A stretch of DNA of 36,646 bases from a virus. Taxonomy: Duplodnaviria; Heunggongvirae; Uroviricota; Caudoviricetes. Numbering within the stretch: the first letter of the stretch is position 1; every line of letters starts with the position of its first letter. The stretch is taken from IMG/VR virus record IMGVR_UViG_2548876701_000024. One strand, written 5' to 3'. Both the position numbers and the translations under genes were made by a program. Below the pieces are notes generated by a model. That model was not told the origin of the DNA, did not search any database, and saw nothing but the letters and a program-made list of their open reading frames with translations. Of the stretch, positions 8,869 to 18,024 are shown one piece after another.

Positions 8869-9710
8869 TGGCAACATTACTTTTAGCAGTGATTTTGGTT
8901 AGTGGTTTTATTTATGTAAACCTATCACTTTCAACAAGATACCGATATAAGCGTTCCAACGGCTGGGACGCTTATTTTTTTGTGGCTGCCTGGGGTATCG
9001 TTTTTTTTCTCCTTGGCGGTTTTTTCACCTTTATTTTGAACGTCAGCGGAGGGTTTCGTTGGCTGGCTAATGCCTTGAATCTAACACCTGACAGTTTTAA
9101 TGGCATGTTGTCTTCATCGAAAGACAAACTTCAAAGAATAAATGAAATCAAACAGATAGCATGGGTTATGATTTCAATTGTCCTCGCTGCGATTTCAGGT
9201 TTTGGAAATAAGTTACGCACATCACGTGGAGATCGTCGCTGGGATGCCTTAGCTAAAGCTGTGGGTAATAACGCTTTCGAATCATTACTCATGGAAGCGT
9301 CCGCAAGACAGTTTCCGATCATAGCAACTCTGTCGTCTCGCAAAATCTATGTTGGTCTTGTTACTTGTCCGGCGTTAGAAAACGGGCTTTCAGAACACCT
9401 TGAACTTCTCCCGATGTTAAGCGGATATCGGGATAAAGATGATCTAACGATTAGTATCACGACTAACTATCACCAACATTATCTTGATAGTGGTGTGATA
9501 AGTGGAATGTCTCGGCTTAATATCGAAGATTTCCGTGTGCTCATACCAAAAGATGAGGTTGAAACAATTTCGTTTTTTGATACTGAGACATATAACAAAT
9601 TTAAAGAAAATGAAGCCAGGGATAGAAAGAGCTGTCGAAAGATTGGTAGTAAAAGTGCATCTTCGCGCAGCAAGCGTGCAGCAGATGCTGAGTCAAATGA
9701 TCGTGCATGA
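8868..9710 (+). CDS. Hypothetical membrane protein (280 aa), three predicted N-terminal TM helices plus soluble C-terminal domain
   Basis: Hydrophobic stretches at about residues 3-20, 35-57 and 96-112; translationally coupled to the upstream ORF; in the gpA-to-cos variable region. Confidence 0.65.
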   Translation: MATLLLAVILVSGFIYVNLSLSTRYRYKRSNGWDAYFFVAAWGIVFFLLGGFFTFILNVSGGFRWLANALNLTPDSFNGMLSSSKDKLQRINEIKQIAWVMISIVLAAISGFGNKLRTSRGDRRWDALAKAVGNNAFESLLMEASARQFPIIATLSSRKIYVGLVTCPALENGLSEHLELLPMLSGYRDKDDLTISITTNYHQHYLDSGVISGMSRLNIEDFRVLIPKDEVETISFFDTETYNKFKENEARDRKSCRKIGSKSASSRSKRAADAESNDRA

Positions 9711-9758
9711 CTATGCTGCATGAGATCGCATGATCGTTTGAGGATCGTTTTTGCTAAG

Positions 9759-9783
9759 GCCCGCCAGAACTGGCGGGCTTTTG
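9759..9783 (+). terminator. Rho-independent terminator
   Basis: GCCCGCCA/TGGCGGGC 8-bp GC stem, 4-nt loop, followed by TTTT. Confidence 0.6.
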
Positions 9784-9827
9784 CGTAGATCATGCACCTG
9801 CATGAAAACTACTACATAAAGTGGGCA

Positions 9828-9846
9828 GGCGTGGCGGGGATACGAG
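9828..9846. other. cos-like cohesive-end site (GGCGTGGCGGGGATACGAG)
   Basis: Close match to the P2 cohesive-end sequence as I recall it (GGCGAGGCGGGGAAAGCAC), with a following GCGCGCTG at the same offset as in P2. Confidence 0.5.
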
Positions 9847-10050
9847 CGCGCGCTGCTATATTGCGTAGAGCCTTTACGTAAGCATTAGTAATGTTGACTC
9901 AGATAGAAAACGAATCGAACATTGAACGCTATTAAATGAATAAATGTGTGAAAGAAGAAACTACTATCAATTGCGTTCTCCTGTTTGAAAAGGTTAAAAT
10001 TTAAAAAATTAAAATTTCATCCTGACAGATTAATTTAAAAGGGCATTCAT

Positions 10051-11346
10051 ATGAATGAAGAATTTCAAAAAACGATTAACTCATTATATAGCTTAAAAAA
10101 AGCTGTTGAAAAAGTGGCTACTGACGAAACTAACCTTTCGGATGTGAAAGGTGTTAAAGCTCCTGCTTTATATCCTGTTGATTTTCTAGATATGATTGGT
10201 TTTATAATAAGAAAAATAGAAAAATATGGTGAAGTGGAATTAACGGATGATGAGATTTCTGAACTGAGTTTTTTACCGATTAGAATTGATAATATTAAAG
10301 AAAATATAGTTCCACATCTCTTTGGAAATAACTCGTCTGATGCTATTTCATCATTTGTTGAAACTATTGCGTTTATTACTCAGTATTTAGATGACATTTT
10401 CTCTTTAGAACGACTGGATAATGCTAATCTTCTGCCGAGAAATATGACAAGAAAAATAAAAAGCATGGAGGCTAGGTTAAATAAAGCAGCCCCTGATATA
10501 GAATCATTGGAAAATAAGATAAATAAAATAAATGATGCTCATGTTGCGGCTGAAAACATTCCTATCGATTTGGAGGAATTACGCTCTTATAATAAGGAAG
10601 CTATGGAGTTAAAAGAAAAGATTAATAAATCAATGTTTAATCTTAGTGTCTTAGAAGAAAAAGGACGTGATATTTTAGATAAAATGACACAACAAAATGT
10701 CGAAGCAGCAAAATATCTCGAAATGTGTGAGCAGGCTATTAGAGCATCGACATCTAAAGGTTTAGCCGGTGCTTTTGAAATCAAGGCTAATAAATTAAAT
10801 AATAGTATCCAACTATGGGTTTTGGGATTGGCAAGTGCACTGGCGACGGGGGGATACGTGGGTTTTGAAAGGCTCAAGGTTTTATCTGATGTGCTAAACA
10901 ATGCAAATCCAAATGCAGTAGTTATTGTTACTCAGTTACTTCTTTCAGTGTTCAGTATAGGAGCTCCGTTATGGTTTGCATGGCTCTCTACAAAACAAAT
11001 AAATCAAAGATTTAAATTGGCAGAGGATTATGCTTTTAAGGCTTCAGTAGCGAAGGCTTACGAAGGCTATCGAAATGAAGCAAGTAAGGTATCTAATGGA
11101 GAATTTGAAAGGCGTTTATTTGATTCGGCATTGAGTCGTCTCGAAGAAGCACCTTTGCGCTTTGTGAAGGATGATGACCATGCAACCCCTTGGAATGAGT
11201 TGTTAAATTCGAAAGCATTCAATAAGTTCCTTGACGCTTCTGTTGAAAATGTGAATTTTGTTAAAGGGATTATTAGCAAGAAAACAGGTGGGGCGAGAAT
11301 GGCTAGTAATGATTCGGCTATTATTCCAGAAAAAAAAGTTGAATGA
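10051..11346 (+). CDS. Hypothetical 431-aa protein; coiled-coil-rich N-terminal region, two predicted TM helices (about residues 253-272 and 288-311), C-terminal soluble domain
   Basis: Long ORF in a strongly AT-rich segment unlike the phage backbone; hydrophobic helices evident in the translation; between cos and portal gene Q. Confidence 0.7.
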   Translation: MNEEFQKTINSLYSLKKAVEKVATDETNLSDVKGVKAPALYPVDFLDMIGFIIRKIEKYGEVELTDDEISELSFLPIRIDNIKENIVPHLFGNNSSDAISSFVETIAFITQYLDDIFSLERLDNANLLPRNMTRKIKSMEARLNKAAPDIESLENKINKINDAHVAAENIPIDLEELRSYNKEAMELKEKINKSMFNLSVLEEKGRDILDKMTQQNVEAAKYLEMCEQAIRASTSKGLAGAFEIKANKLNNSIQLWVLGLASALATGGYVGFERLKVLSDVLNNANPNAVVIVTQLLLSVFSIGAPLWFAWLSTKQINQRFKLAEDYAFKASVAKAYEGYRNEASKVSNGEFERRLFDSALSRLEEAPLRFVKDDDHATPWNELLNSKAFNKFLDASVENVNFVKGIISKKTGGARMASNDSAIIPEKKVE

Positions 11347-11503
11347 CAGAAGGATAATAATTAAGGGATGTCAGTCAACATGGTAATTTCTTGGTGTTGA
11401 TTGTTTTATTTATCAAAAACATTTTAAGTTAGTCTGATCTTCGCGTTCGGTAGGATCAGACTATTAGATTAACGATATGATTTCATTGATTACGAATGGT
11501 TAA

Positions 11504-12574
11504 TTAAGTTGTAGGGATAGTAATCGAAAGATTACTATCTTCAATACCTAGTTTATAAGGCTCAAACATAATTACTTCTTCTCCAAGCCACTCGTTAAGC
11601 TCTGTCATTCGTTTTTGTAGCGGGGTCAACTCATTGCGCACAAAGACTTTACTAGCTTTACCTGCATCTCCAAAACCGCCGATGTTCTGGGGAATTATCC
11701 CCATCATTTGCGGCGGCACACGGTGTGCCGCCATCATGTCGTCCCGGCTCACGTTCTTGATATTCAGAAACTCATCCTTCGCCGCGACTTCTGACAATGG
11801 GATGATCTGAAGCCCGTCTTTTTTACCGTTAGGCGAGTACATAAACAGGTTACGGAAGTTACCAGGACCTTTGGCACTTTTCATCGCGTTGCGGAGGTTG
11901 TTCACATCCTCCTGATTCTGCGCGGCATCGGTCATGTACATGATGAAGCCTGCATGGCTGCCGTTGATGTAATACTTACGGCGGAACAGTGTGGCGGACT
12001 CGTTGAGCAGGGCTGACGGAATGGCAGAAAGATAACCGGGCAGGCCGTAGATCTCCTGGTTGATGTCCGGTTCCATCAGATGAAAAATGCTGCCTTTCGT
12101 GAACTGATACGGCTGCGTAGTCATGCCGTATTGCACAAACCAGTAGGTATCCAGGTCTAATCCGCGTCGGGTGTATTTTGCCAGCGCAGGCTCAAGAGCG
12201 ATGACCTCTCCGAAGCGGTTCGTGCGTTTTTCCAGGTAGGCGTTACCAAAAACCAGATAGTCCTGCACAAAACGCGAAAAAGCCTGCTGGCTGAGCAGCG
12301 GGTGAGGGATGTAGGTGCTGGTCAGAATGTTGCATTTCACTGCGATCGGTGAGCTGTGGTGTACGGCAGCGCGGAATGTTCGCGCCAGTCCGTCAAAACT
12401 TACGGGAGGCTCATACCAGCGATCCGTCTGTACGCATTCCACATAGTCCAGCAGTTCGCGGCGGTCCAGTACAGGAATGGGATCGCCAAAGCTGAATGCT
12501 TCGGCTGAAGTCTGGCTTTTATGCTGGGTCTGGTTCTGTGACGCAGCGCGGTTCTTCTTACTCTTTCCCATCAA
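11504..12574 (-). CDS. Q: Portal protein gpQ
   Basis: Synteny (divergent from O, downstream of P) and size. Confidence 0.88.
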   Translation of the reverse strand: MMGKSKKNRAASQNQTQHKSQTSAEAFSFGDPIPVLDRRELLDYVECVQTDRWYEPPVSFDGLARTFRAAVHHSSPIAVKCNILTSTYIPHPLLSQQAFSRFVQDYLVFGNAYLEKRTNRFGEVIALEPALAKYTRRGLDLDTYWFVQYGMTTQPYQFTKGSIFHLMEPDINQEIYGLPGYLSAIPSALLNESATLFRRKYYINGSHAGFIMYMTDAAQNQEDVNNLRNAMKSAKGPGNFRNLFMYSPNGKKDGLQIIPLSEVAAKDEFLNIKNVSRDDMMAAHRVPPQMMGIIPQNIGGFGDAGKASKVFVRNELTPLQKRMTELNEWLGEEVIMFEPYKLGIEDSNLSITIPTT

Positions 12575-14337
12575 AAAATCTCCACAATATTGCTGGTATT
12601 GGCGGATTCGCCCTGCAGCGGTTCGTTAAACAGTGCGTGCATCGTTGCCCAGGCCAGATCGGCGTGGCTGGCTTCTTCGCTGCGGCTGGCTTCATAGGTC
12701 GGGCGGTTGCCGCTGGCGGTGGTGGCGCGACGGATTGCCATGAATGACTGCGCAATGTCGGTGTGCCCGGCGTCAAACTCCAGACGGCGGTGGCTGATAA
12801 TGTCGTAGGCCTTGAGTACCAGGGCGTTTTTAACGTTGGGGTTGTAGACAAACTCCCGGACGGCAGGAAAGAACGCTTTCACGTTCTCATAAACTCCGTG
12901 ACCGACACCTGTCGAGTCGATGCCGATATATGTCACGTTGTACTGTTCGGTCAGTTTTTTGATGGCGTCAGCCTGGGCGCGGAAGTCCATCCCGCGCCAC
13001 TGGTGACGCTCAAGAATGCGGAACTTACCGCCCGGCACGGCTGGCGGTGCCACCACCACGCACCCGGCGCTGTCGCCGTTCTGCGTACCTTTTGCCGGGT
13101 CATAACCGATCCACACCTCGCGCCAGCCAAACGGGCGCAGCGCCAGTGCATGAAAGTCGGTCCAGACTTCCCAGCTGTCCACCATGCACGCCTGCAGCTC
13201 GCTGAGCGGAAACACGGACGCGAGATCGTCCACAAACTCGCACATCAGCAGGTTCTGGTATTCGTCCGGGCTGTACTCCATGCGCAACTGGTCAAGGTCG
13301 AATAGATTACAGCCGCCGCGCACCGCATCTTCCACGGTGACTATCTGGCGGTACTGCCCGTCTGCGCACAGCAGGCCGGGGGCCAGATTGCTGTGGGACA
13401 GGTCGATGTCCACCTTATCGGCTTTGTTGCGCCCTCGGTTGAACAGCGCACCGGACCAGAACGGATAAGCACTGTGGGTCAGACTGGATGGTGTGGAAAA
13501 ATATGTCTGCCGCCATTTCTTGTGAATAGCCATACCGGAAGCCACTTTGCGTAGCTCCTGAAATTTCGGTATCCAGAAATATTCATCCAGATACAGGTTG
13601 CCGTGATAACTCTGGGCCGTGCGGGCATTGGTGCCGAGGAAGTAAAGCGTGGCCCCGTTAGGAAGCACCATCGGATCGCCTTTCAGCTCCACCTCCACTT
13701 CTTTGGCGAAGTCGATGATGTACTGCTTAAAGACGTGGGCCTGTGCCTTACTGGCGGAAAGGAAAATCTGGTTACGTCCGGTTAGCAGGGCGTCAATCAG
13801 GGCTTCACGGGCAAAATAGAAGGTCGCGCCGATCTGGCGTGACTTCAGCAGGTTGCGGATGCGGTTGGTTTTTCCTGCTTCCCACCAGTGGCGCTGGTAG
13901 TTGAACATGGAGGAATGGAAGATTTCTTCCAGCTTCTCAATCTGTTCATCGGTGAAAACATTCTTTTCCGGCTGACGGCGCGGGCCTTTGTTGCGGTTGG
14001 CGACGTTAGGGTTTAAGTCGGCTTCGTTACCGCCATTGTTAAACTTGCCGATGCGCGCGTGGCGCTCCGACTGGCGCGCCAGCAGGTCAATCTCTTTGAA
14101 ATCTTTCCCTTCTTTGTGCTCCTTCATAATGAGCTGGCAGTAGCGTGCGGCGGTGGTGAGCTGCATCTGATCCAGCGGCCCGTAGTCACCCCACTTGTCG
14201 CGTTTTTTCCAGCTGTGAACGGTTGCAACTTTCTCGCCCAGCATTTCAGCAATGCGGGCTACGCGGTATCCCTGAAAGTACAGCAGCATGGCCTGCCGAC
14301 GGGGATCGAGATCTGCGGGTATCAGTGTGGTGTTCAT
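12571..14337 (-). CDS. P: Terminase large (ATPase) subunit gpP
   Basis: 588-aa protein, size and position as in P2; overlaps Q start. Confidence 0.9.
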   Translation of the reverse strand: MNTTLIPADLDPRRQAMLLYFQGYRVARIAEMLGEKVATVHSWKKRDKWGDYGPLDQMQLTTAARYCQLIMKEHKEGKDFKEIDLLARQSERHARIGKFNNGGNEADLNPNVANRNKGPRRQPEKNVFTDEQIEKLEEIFHSSMFNYQRHWWEAGKTNRIRNLLKSRQIGATFYFAREALIDALLTGRNQIFLSASKAQAHVFKQYIIDFAKEVEVELKGDPMVLPNGATLYFLGTNARTAQSYHGNLYLDEYFWIPKFQELRKVASGMAIHKKWRQTYFSTPSSLTHSAYPFWSGALFNRGRNKADKVDIDLSHSNLAPGLLCADGQYRQIVTVEDAVRGGCNLFDLDQLRMEYSPDEYQNLLMCEFVDDLASVFPLSELQACMVDSWEVWTDFHALALRPFGWREVWIGYDPAKGTQNGDSAGCVVVAPPAVPGGKFRILERHQWRGMDFRAQADAIKKLTEQYNVTYIGIDSTGVGHGVYENVKAFFPAVREFVYNPNVKNALVLKAYDIISHRRLEFDAGHTDIAQSFMAIRRATTASGNRPTYEASRSEEASHADLAWATMHALFNEPLQGESANTSNIVEIF

Positions 14338-14383
14338 GGCACAAACCTACAGCCTTGAATGACGGCTTTCCCCGCCTGCGGTT

Positions 14384-14401
14384 TGTGTGGTTGTCGGTAC
14401 A
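14384..14401. promoter_or_regulatory. Ogr/Delta-type late promoter box TGT-N12-ACA (P-O divergent region)
   Basis: TGTGTGGTTGTCGGTACA read directly; located upstream of O. Confidence 0.55.
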
Positions 14402-14479
14402 AATACCGCGCATTGTTTCACTGCCCCCATCACCGCAACCATAAGGCTCCAGTAAGTTTTTTCTAACGGAGCACGGCTC

Positions 14480-15313
14480 ATGACAGTGAAAGCAAAGCGT
14501 TTTCGCATCGGGGTGGAAGGTGCCACTACCGACGGACGCGAAATCCAGCGTGAATGGCTGGAACAGATGGCAGCCAGCTACAACCCGGCGGTGTATACCG
14601 CGCTGATTAACCTTGAGCACATCAAGTCTTATCTGCCGGACAGCACCTTTAACCGCTACGGCAAGGTGACGGCGCTGTTTGCTGAAGAAATCACGGAAGG
14701 TCCGCTGGCGGGCAAGATGGCGCTGTATGCCGACGTTGAGCCAACGGAGTCCCTGGTGGAACTGGTGAAAAAAGGCCAGAAATTATTCACCTCTATGGAA
14801 GTCAGCCCGAAGTTTGCTGATACGGGCAAAGCCTACCTGGTCGGCCTGGCTGCCACTGATGACCCTGCCAGTCTGGGCACTGAAATGCTGACATTCAGCG
14901 CCAGTGCAGCCCATAACCCGCTGGCAAACCGCAAGCAGAATCCCGCCAATCTCTTTACCGCTGCAGAGGAAACGGTGATCGAACTGGAAGAAATCCAGGA
15001 GGACAAACCGTCCCTGTTTGCCCGTGTCACGGCGCTGTTCACCAAAAAAGAGCAGTCCGATGACGCCCGGTTCTCTGATGTGCATAAGGCCGTGGAACTG
15101 GTCGCCACTGAGCAGCAGAACCTGAGTGCGCGCACCGAAAAATCCCTGTCTGAGCAGGAAGAACGCCTGTCTGAGCTGGAGACTGCCCTGCAGGCACAGC
15201 TGACCGCCTTTAACGAACTGGTGGACAAGCTGAGCCATGAAGACAGCCGCCAGGACTACCGCCAGCGTGCAACAGGCGGTAACGCCCCCGCTGACACTCT
15301 GACCAATTGCTGA
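14480..15313 (+). CDS. O: Capsid scaffolding protein gpO
   Basis: Matches recalled P2 gpO (FRIGVEG...DGR, INLEH, CYLVGLA.TDDPASLGTE, ...ATGG...TNC end). Confidence 0.9.
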   Translation: MTVKAKRFRIGVEGATTDGREIQREWLEQMAASYNPAVYTALINLEHIKSYLPDSTFNRYGKVTALFAEEITEGPLAGKMALYADVEPTESLVELVKKGQKLFTSMEVSPKFADTGKAYLVGLAATDDPASLGTEMLTFSASAAHNPLANRKQNPANLFTAAEETVIELEEIQEDKPSLFARVTALFTKKEQSDDARFSDVHKAVELVATEQQNLSARTEKSLSEQEERLSELETALQAQLTAFNELVDKLSHEDSRQDYRQRATGGNAPADTLTNC

Positions 15314-15329
15314 TGGAGCACAAAACCTG

Positions 15330-16388
15330 ATGAAGAAGAATACCCGCTTTGCTTTTAACGCTTACCTGCAGCAGCTGGCGCGTCTGAACGGTGTGGCAGT
15401 TGAAGAACTGTCCAGCAAGTTCACCGTGGAGCCGTCCGTGCAGCAGACGCTGGAAGACCAGATCCAGCAATCCGCCGCATTCCTGACGCTGATTAACGTC
15501 ACGCCAGTGACTGAGCAGTCTGGTCAGTTGCTGGGGCTGGGTGTTGGCAGCACCATTGCCGGAACCACTGATACCACCGCAAAAGAGCGTGAGCCTGTCG
15601 ATCCGACGCTGATGGTCGATGTGGAATACAAATGCGAGCAGACCAACTTTGACACGGTACTGACCTACGCGAAGCTGGACCTGTGGGCGAAGTTTCAGGA
15701 TTTCCAGGTGCGCATCCGTGATGCCATCGTGAAACGTCAGGCACTGGACCGCATCATGATCGGTTTTAACGGCGTGAAGCGTGCGAAAACCTCCAACCGT
15801 AGCGAAAACCCGCTACTGCAGGATGTGAATAAAGGCTGGCTGCAGAAAATCCGTGAGGATGCACCGGATCACGTCATGGGCAGCACCACCACGGGCGGTG
15901 AAACCACACCGGGTGCGGTGAAAGTCGGGAAAGGGGGCGAATATGCCAACCTGGACGCTGTGGTGATGGATGCCGTCAATGAGCTTATCGACGTTGTCTA
16001 CCAGGACGATGACGATCTGGTGGTGATTTGCGGGCGTGAACTGCTGTCTGACAAGTATTTCCCGCTGGTCAACAAAGAGCAGGAAAACAGTGAAAAACTG
16101 GCTGCCGATATGATCATCAGTCAGAAACGCATGGGTGGCCTGCAAGCGGTGCGTGCGCCGTTCTTCCCGCCGAATGCGCTGCTGATCACCCGTCTGGATA
16201 ACCTGTCCATCTACTGGCAGGAAGATACCCGCCGTCGTTCAGTTATCGACAACCCGAAACGTGACCGGATTGAAAACTTTGAATCCGTTAACGAAGCCTA
16301 TGTGGTTGAGGACTATCGCTGCGCTGCACTGGTGGAAAACATCCAGATTGGTGACTTCAGCGCCGCCGCAGCAGAAACCGGAGCGTAA
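15330..16388 (+). CDS. N: Major capsid protein gpN
   Basis: Strong match to recalled P2 gpN (TRFKFNAYL, KFTVEPSV, GFNGVKRA.TS.RS.NP.LQDV, YFP.VNKEQ.NSE.LAAD). Confidence 0.95.
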   Translation: MKKNTRFAFNAYLQQLARLNGVAVEELSSKFTVEPSVQQTLEDQIQQSAAFLTLINVTPVTEQSGQLLGLGVGSTIAGTTDTTAKEREPVDPTLMVDVEYKCEQTNFDTVLTYAKLDLWAKFQDFQVRIRDAIVKRQALDRIMIGFNGVKRAKTSNRSENPLLQDVNKGWLQKIREDAPDHVMGSTTTGGETTPGAVKVGKGGEYANLDAVVMDAVNELIDVVYQDDDDLVVICGRELLSDKYFPLVNKEQENSEKLAADMIISQKRMGGLQAVRAPFFPPNALLITRLDNLSIYWQEDTRRRSVIDNPKRDRIENFESVNEAYVVEDYRCAALVENIQIGDFSAAAAETGA

Positions 16389-16391
16389 TTC

Positions 16392-17042
16392 ATGAGCCTG
16401 AGTCCTGCACGGCAGCATCGCCTGCGCGTTCAGGCTGAACAGGCCGCTCGCGAGGGTGGCAGTGTTCGCCACGCGTCGGGCTATGACCTGATGCTGCTGC
16501 AACTGGCGGAAGACCGCCGCCGTCTCAAGGGCGTTCAGTCTACGGTCAAAAAAGCGGAAATCAAGGTGGAGCTGCTGCCGAAGTACGCCGCCTGGGCGGA
16601 GGGCGTCCTGGCTGCCGGAGGCGCTCAACAGGATGACGTGCTGATGTACGTGATGCTGTGGCGCATTGATGCCGGAGATTATGCCGGGGCGCTGGAGATC
16701 GGGCGTCATGCCCTGCGTCATGGCTGGGTGATGCCGCTGGGTAACCGCAACGTGCAGACCGTGCTGGCAGAGGAAATGGCAGATGCAGCGCAGAGCGCAA
16801 TGCTTGCCGCCACCGACTTTGATGCCGATCTGTTGCTGCAGACGCTGGAGCTGACAGACGGTCTGGATATGCCGGACCAGTCACGGGCGCGTCTGCATAA
16901 AGCGATTGGCGCTGTCCTGAGTGAAAGCAATCCGGCTTCCGCCCTTAATCATCTCAACCATGCGTTACAGCTCGATCCCCGCTGTGGCGTGAAAAAAGAC
17001 AAACAGCAGCTGGAGCGCAGACTGCGCAATGACAGCCGCTGA
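16392..17042 (+). CDS. M: Terminase small (endonuclease) subunit gpM
   Basis: Synteny after N; size. Confidence 0.8.
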   Translation: MSLSPARQHRLRVQAEQAAREGGSVRHASGYDLMLLQLAEDRRRLKGVQSTVKKAEIKVELLPKYAAWAEGVLAAGGAQQDDVLMYVMLWRIDAGDYAGALEIGRHALRHGWVMPLGNRNVQTVLAEEMADAAQSAMLAATDFDADLLLQTLELTDGLDMPDQSRARLHKAIGAVLSESNPASALNHLNHALQLDPRCGVKKDKQQLERRLRNDSR

Positions 17043-17137
17043 CAGAACGTGCCCCCGCGCACGGGCGGCACGGGGTGGCGAAAGGCACTGCCACATCAAA
17101 ATCCCGTCCACCGCCCTTTATTTCAGGAGAAAGCAGC

Positions 17138-17602
17138 ATGAAGTTTGTTGCGCCAGAACAGGCACCGGAACAGGCGGAAATCATCAGAAATACGCCGTTC
17201 TGGCCTGATGTGGACCTGTCGGAGTTTCGCTGTGTCATGCGCACTGACGGCACGGTGACGCAGCCGCGTTTAAAGCAGGTTGCGCTGTCGGCAATTTCGG
17301 AGGTCAACGCAGAGCTGTATGAGTTTCGCAGACGTCAGCAGATGCTGGGATATGCCTCGCTGGCTGAGGTTCCGGCGGAGCAGCTGGACGGCAAAAGTGA
17401 GCGCATTCAGCACTATTTCAACGCGGTTTACTGCTGGGCACGCGCCATGCTCAACGAACGTTACCAGGACTATGACGCCACGGCATCCGGTGCGAAGCGG
17501 GGCGAGGAACTGGCGGAAGCAAGCGGTGATTTATGGCGTGACGCCCGCTGGGCCATCAGCCGGGTACAGGACGCGCCGCACTGCACAGTGGAGCTTATCT
17601 GA
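17138..17602 (+). CDS. L: Head completion/stabilisation protein gpL
   Basis: ATG at 17138 after AGGAGA Shine-Dalgarno (the listed ORF begins at an upstream GTG); synteny. Confidence 0.8.
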   Translation: MKFVAPEQAPEQAEIIRNTPFWPDVDLSEFRCVMRTDGTVTQPRLKQVALSAISEVNAELYEFRRRQQMLGYASLAEVPAEQLDGKSERIQHYFNAVYCWARAMLNERYQDYDATASGAKRGEELAEASGDLWRDARWAISRVQDAPHCTVELI

Positions 17603-17805
17603 TGAAAGTGCGTGCGCATCAGTATGACACGGTGGACGCGCTTTGCTGGCGTCATTACGGGCGCACGCAGGGTGTCACGGAGCAGGTACTGAAGGCAAAT
17701 CCGGGGCTTGCCGAATATGGCCCCTTTTTACCTCACGGGCTGCAGGTGGAGCTGCCGGACATTCCGACAACCACCACCGTGCAGACCGTCCAGCTATGGG
17801 ACTGA
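17602..17805 (+). CDS. X: Tail protein X
   Basis: 67 aa; matches recalled P2 gpX (DA.C.R.YGRT.GV.E.VL.ANPGLAE.G..LPHG..VELPD). Confidence 0.85.
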   Translation: MKVRAHQYDTVDALCWRHYGRTQGVTEQVLKANPGLAEYGPFLPHGLQVELPDIPTTTTVQTVQLWD

Positions 17806-17808
17806 ATT

Positions 17809-18024
17809 ATGACGCTTGAGCGAATCAGCGCCTTTATCACGTATTGCATCGCCGTCGTGCTGGCCTGGCTGGGCGATTTGTCCATCAAGGATGCCTCAAC
17901 GCTGGGCGGCCTGATGATCGGTGTGCTGATGCTGGCTATCAACTGGTACTACAAACACAAAGCCTACCAGCTTCTGCGCGACGGGCAGATCACGCGGGAG
18001 GACTATGAATCCATCAATCGTTAA
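17809..18024 (+). CDS. Y: Holin (gpY-like)
   Basis: Small membrane protein with hydrophobic helices directly upstream of the lysozyme. Confidence 0.7.
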   Translation: MTLERISAFITYCIAVVLAWLGDLSIKDASTLGGLMIGVLMLAINWYYKHKAYQLLRDGQITREDYESINR

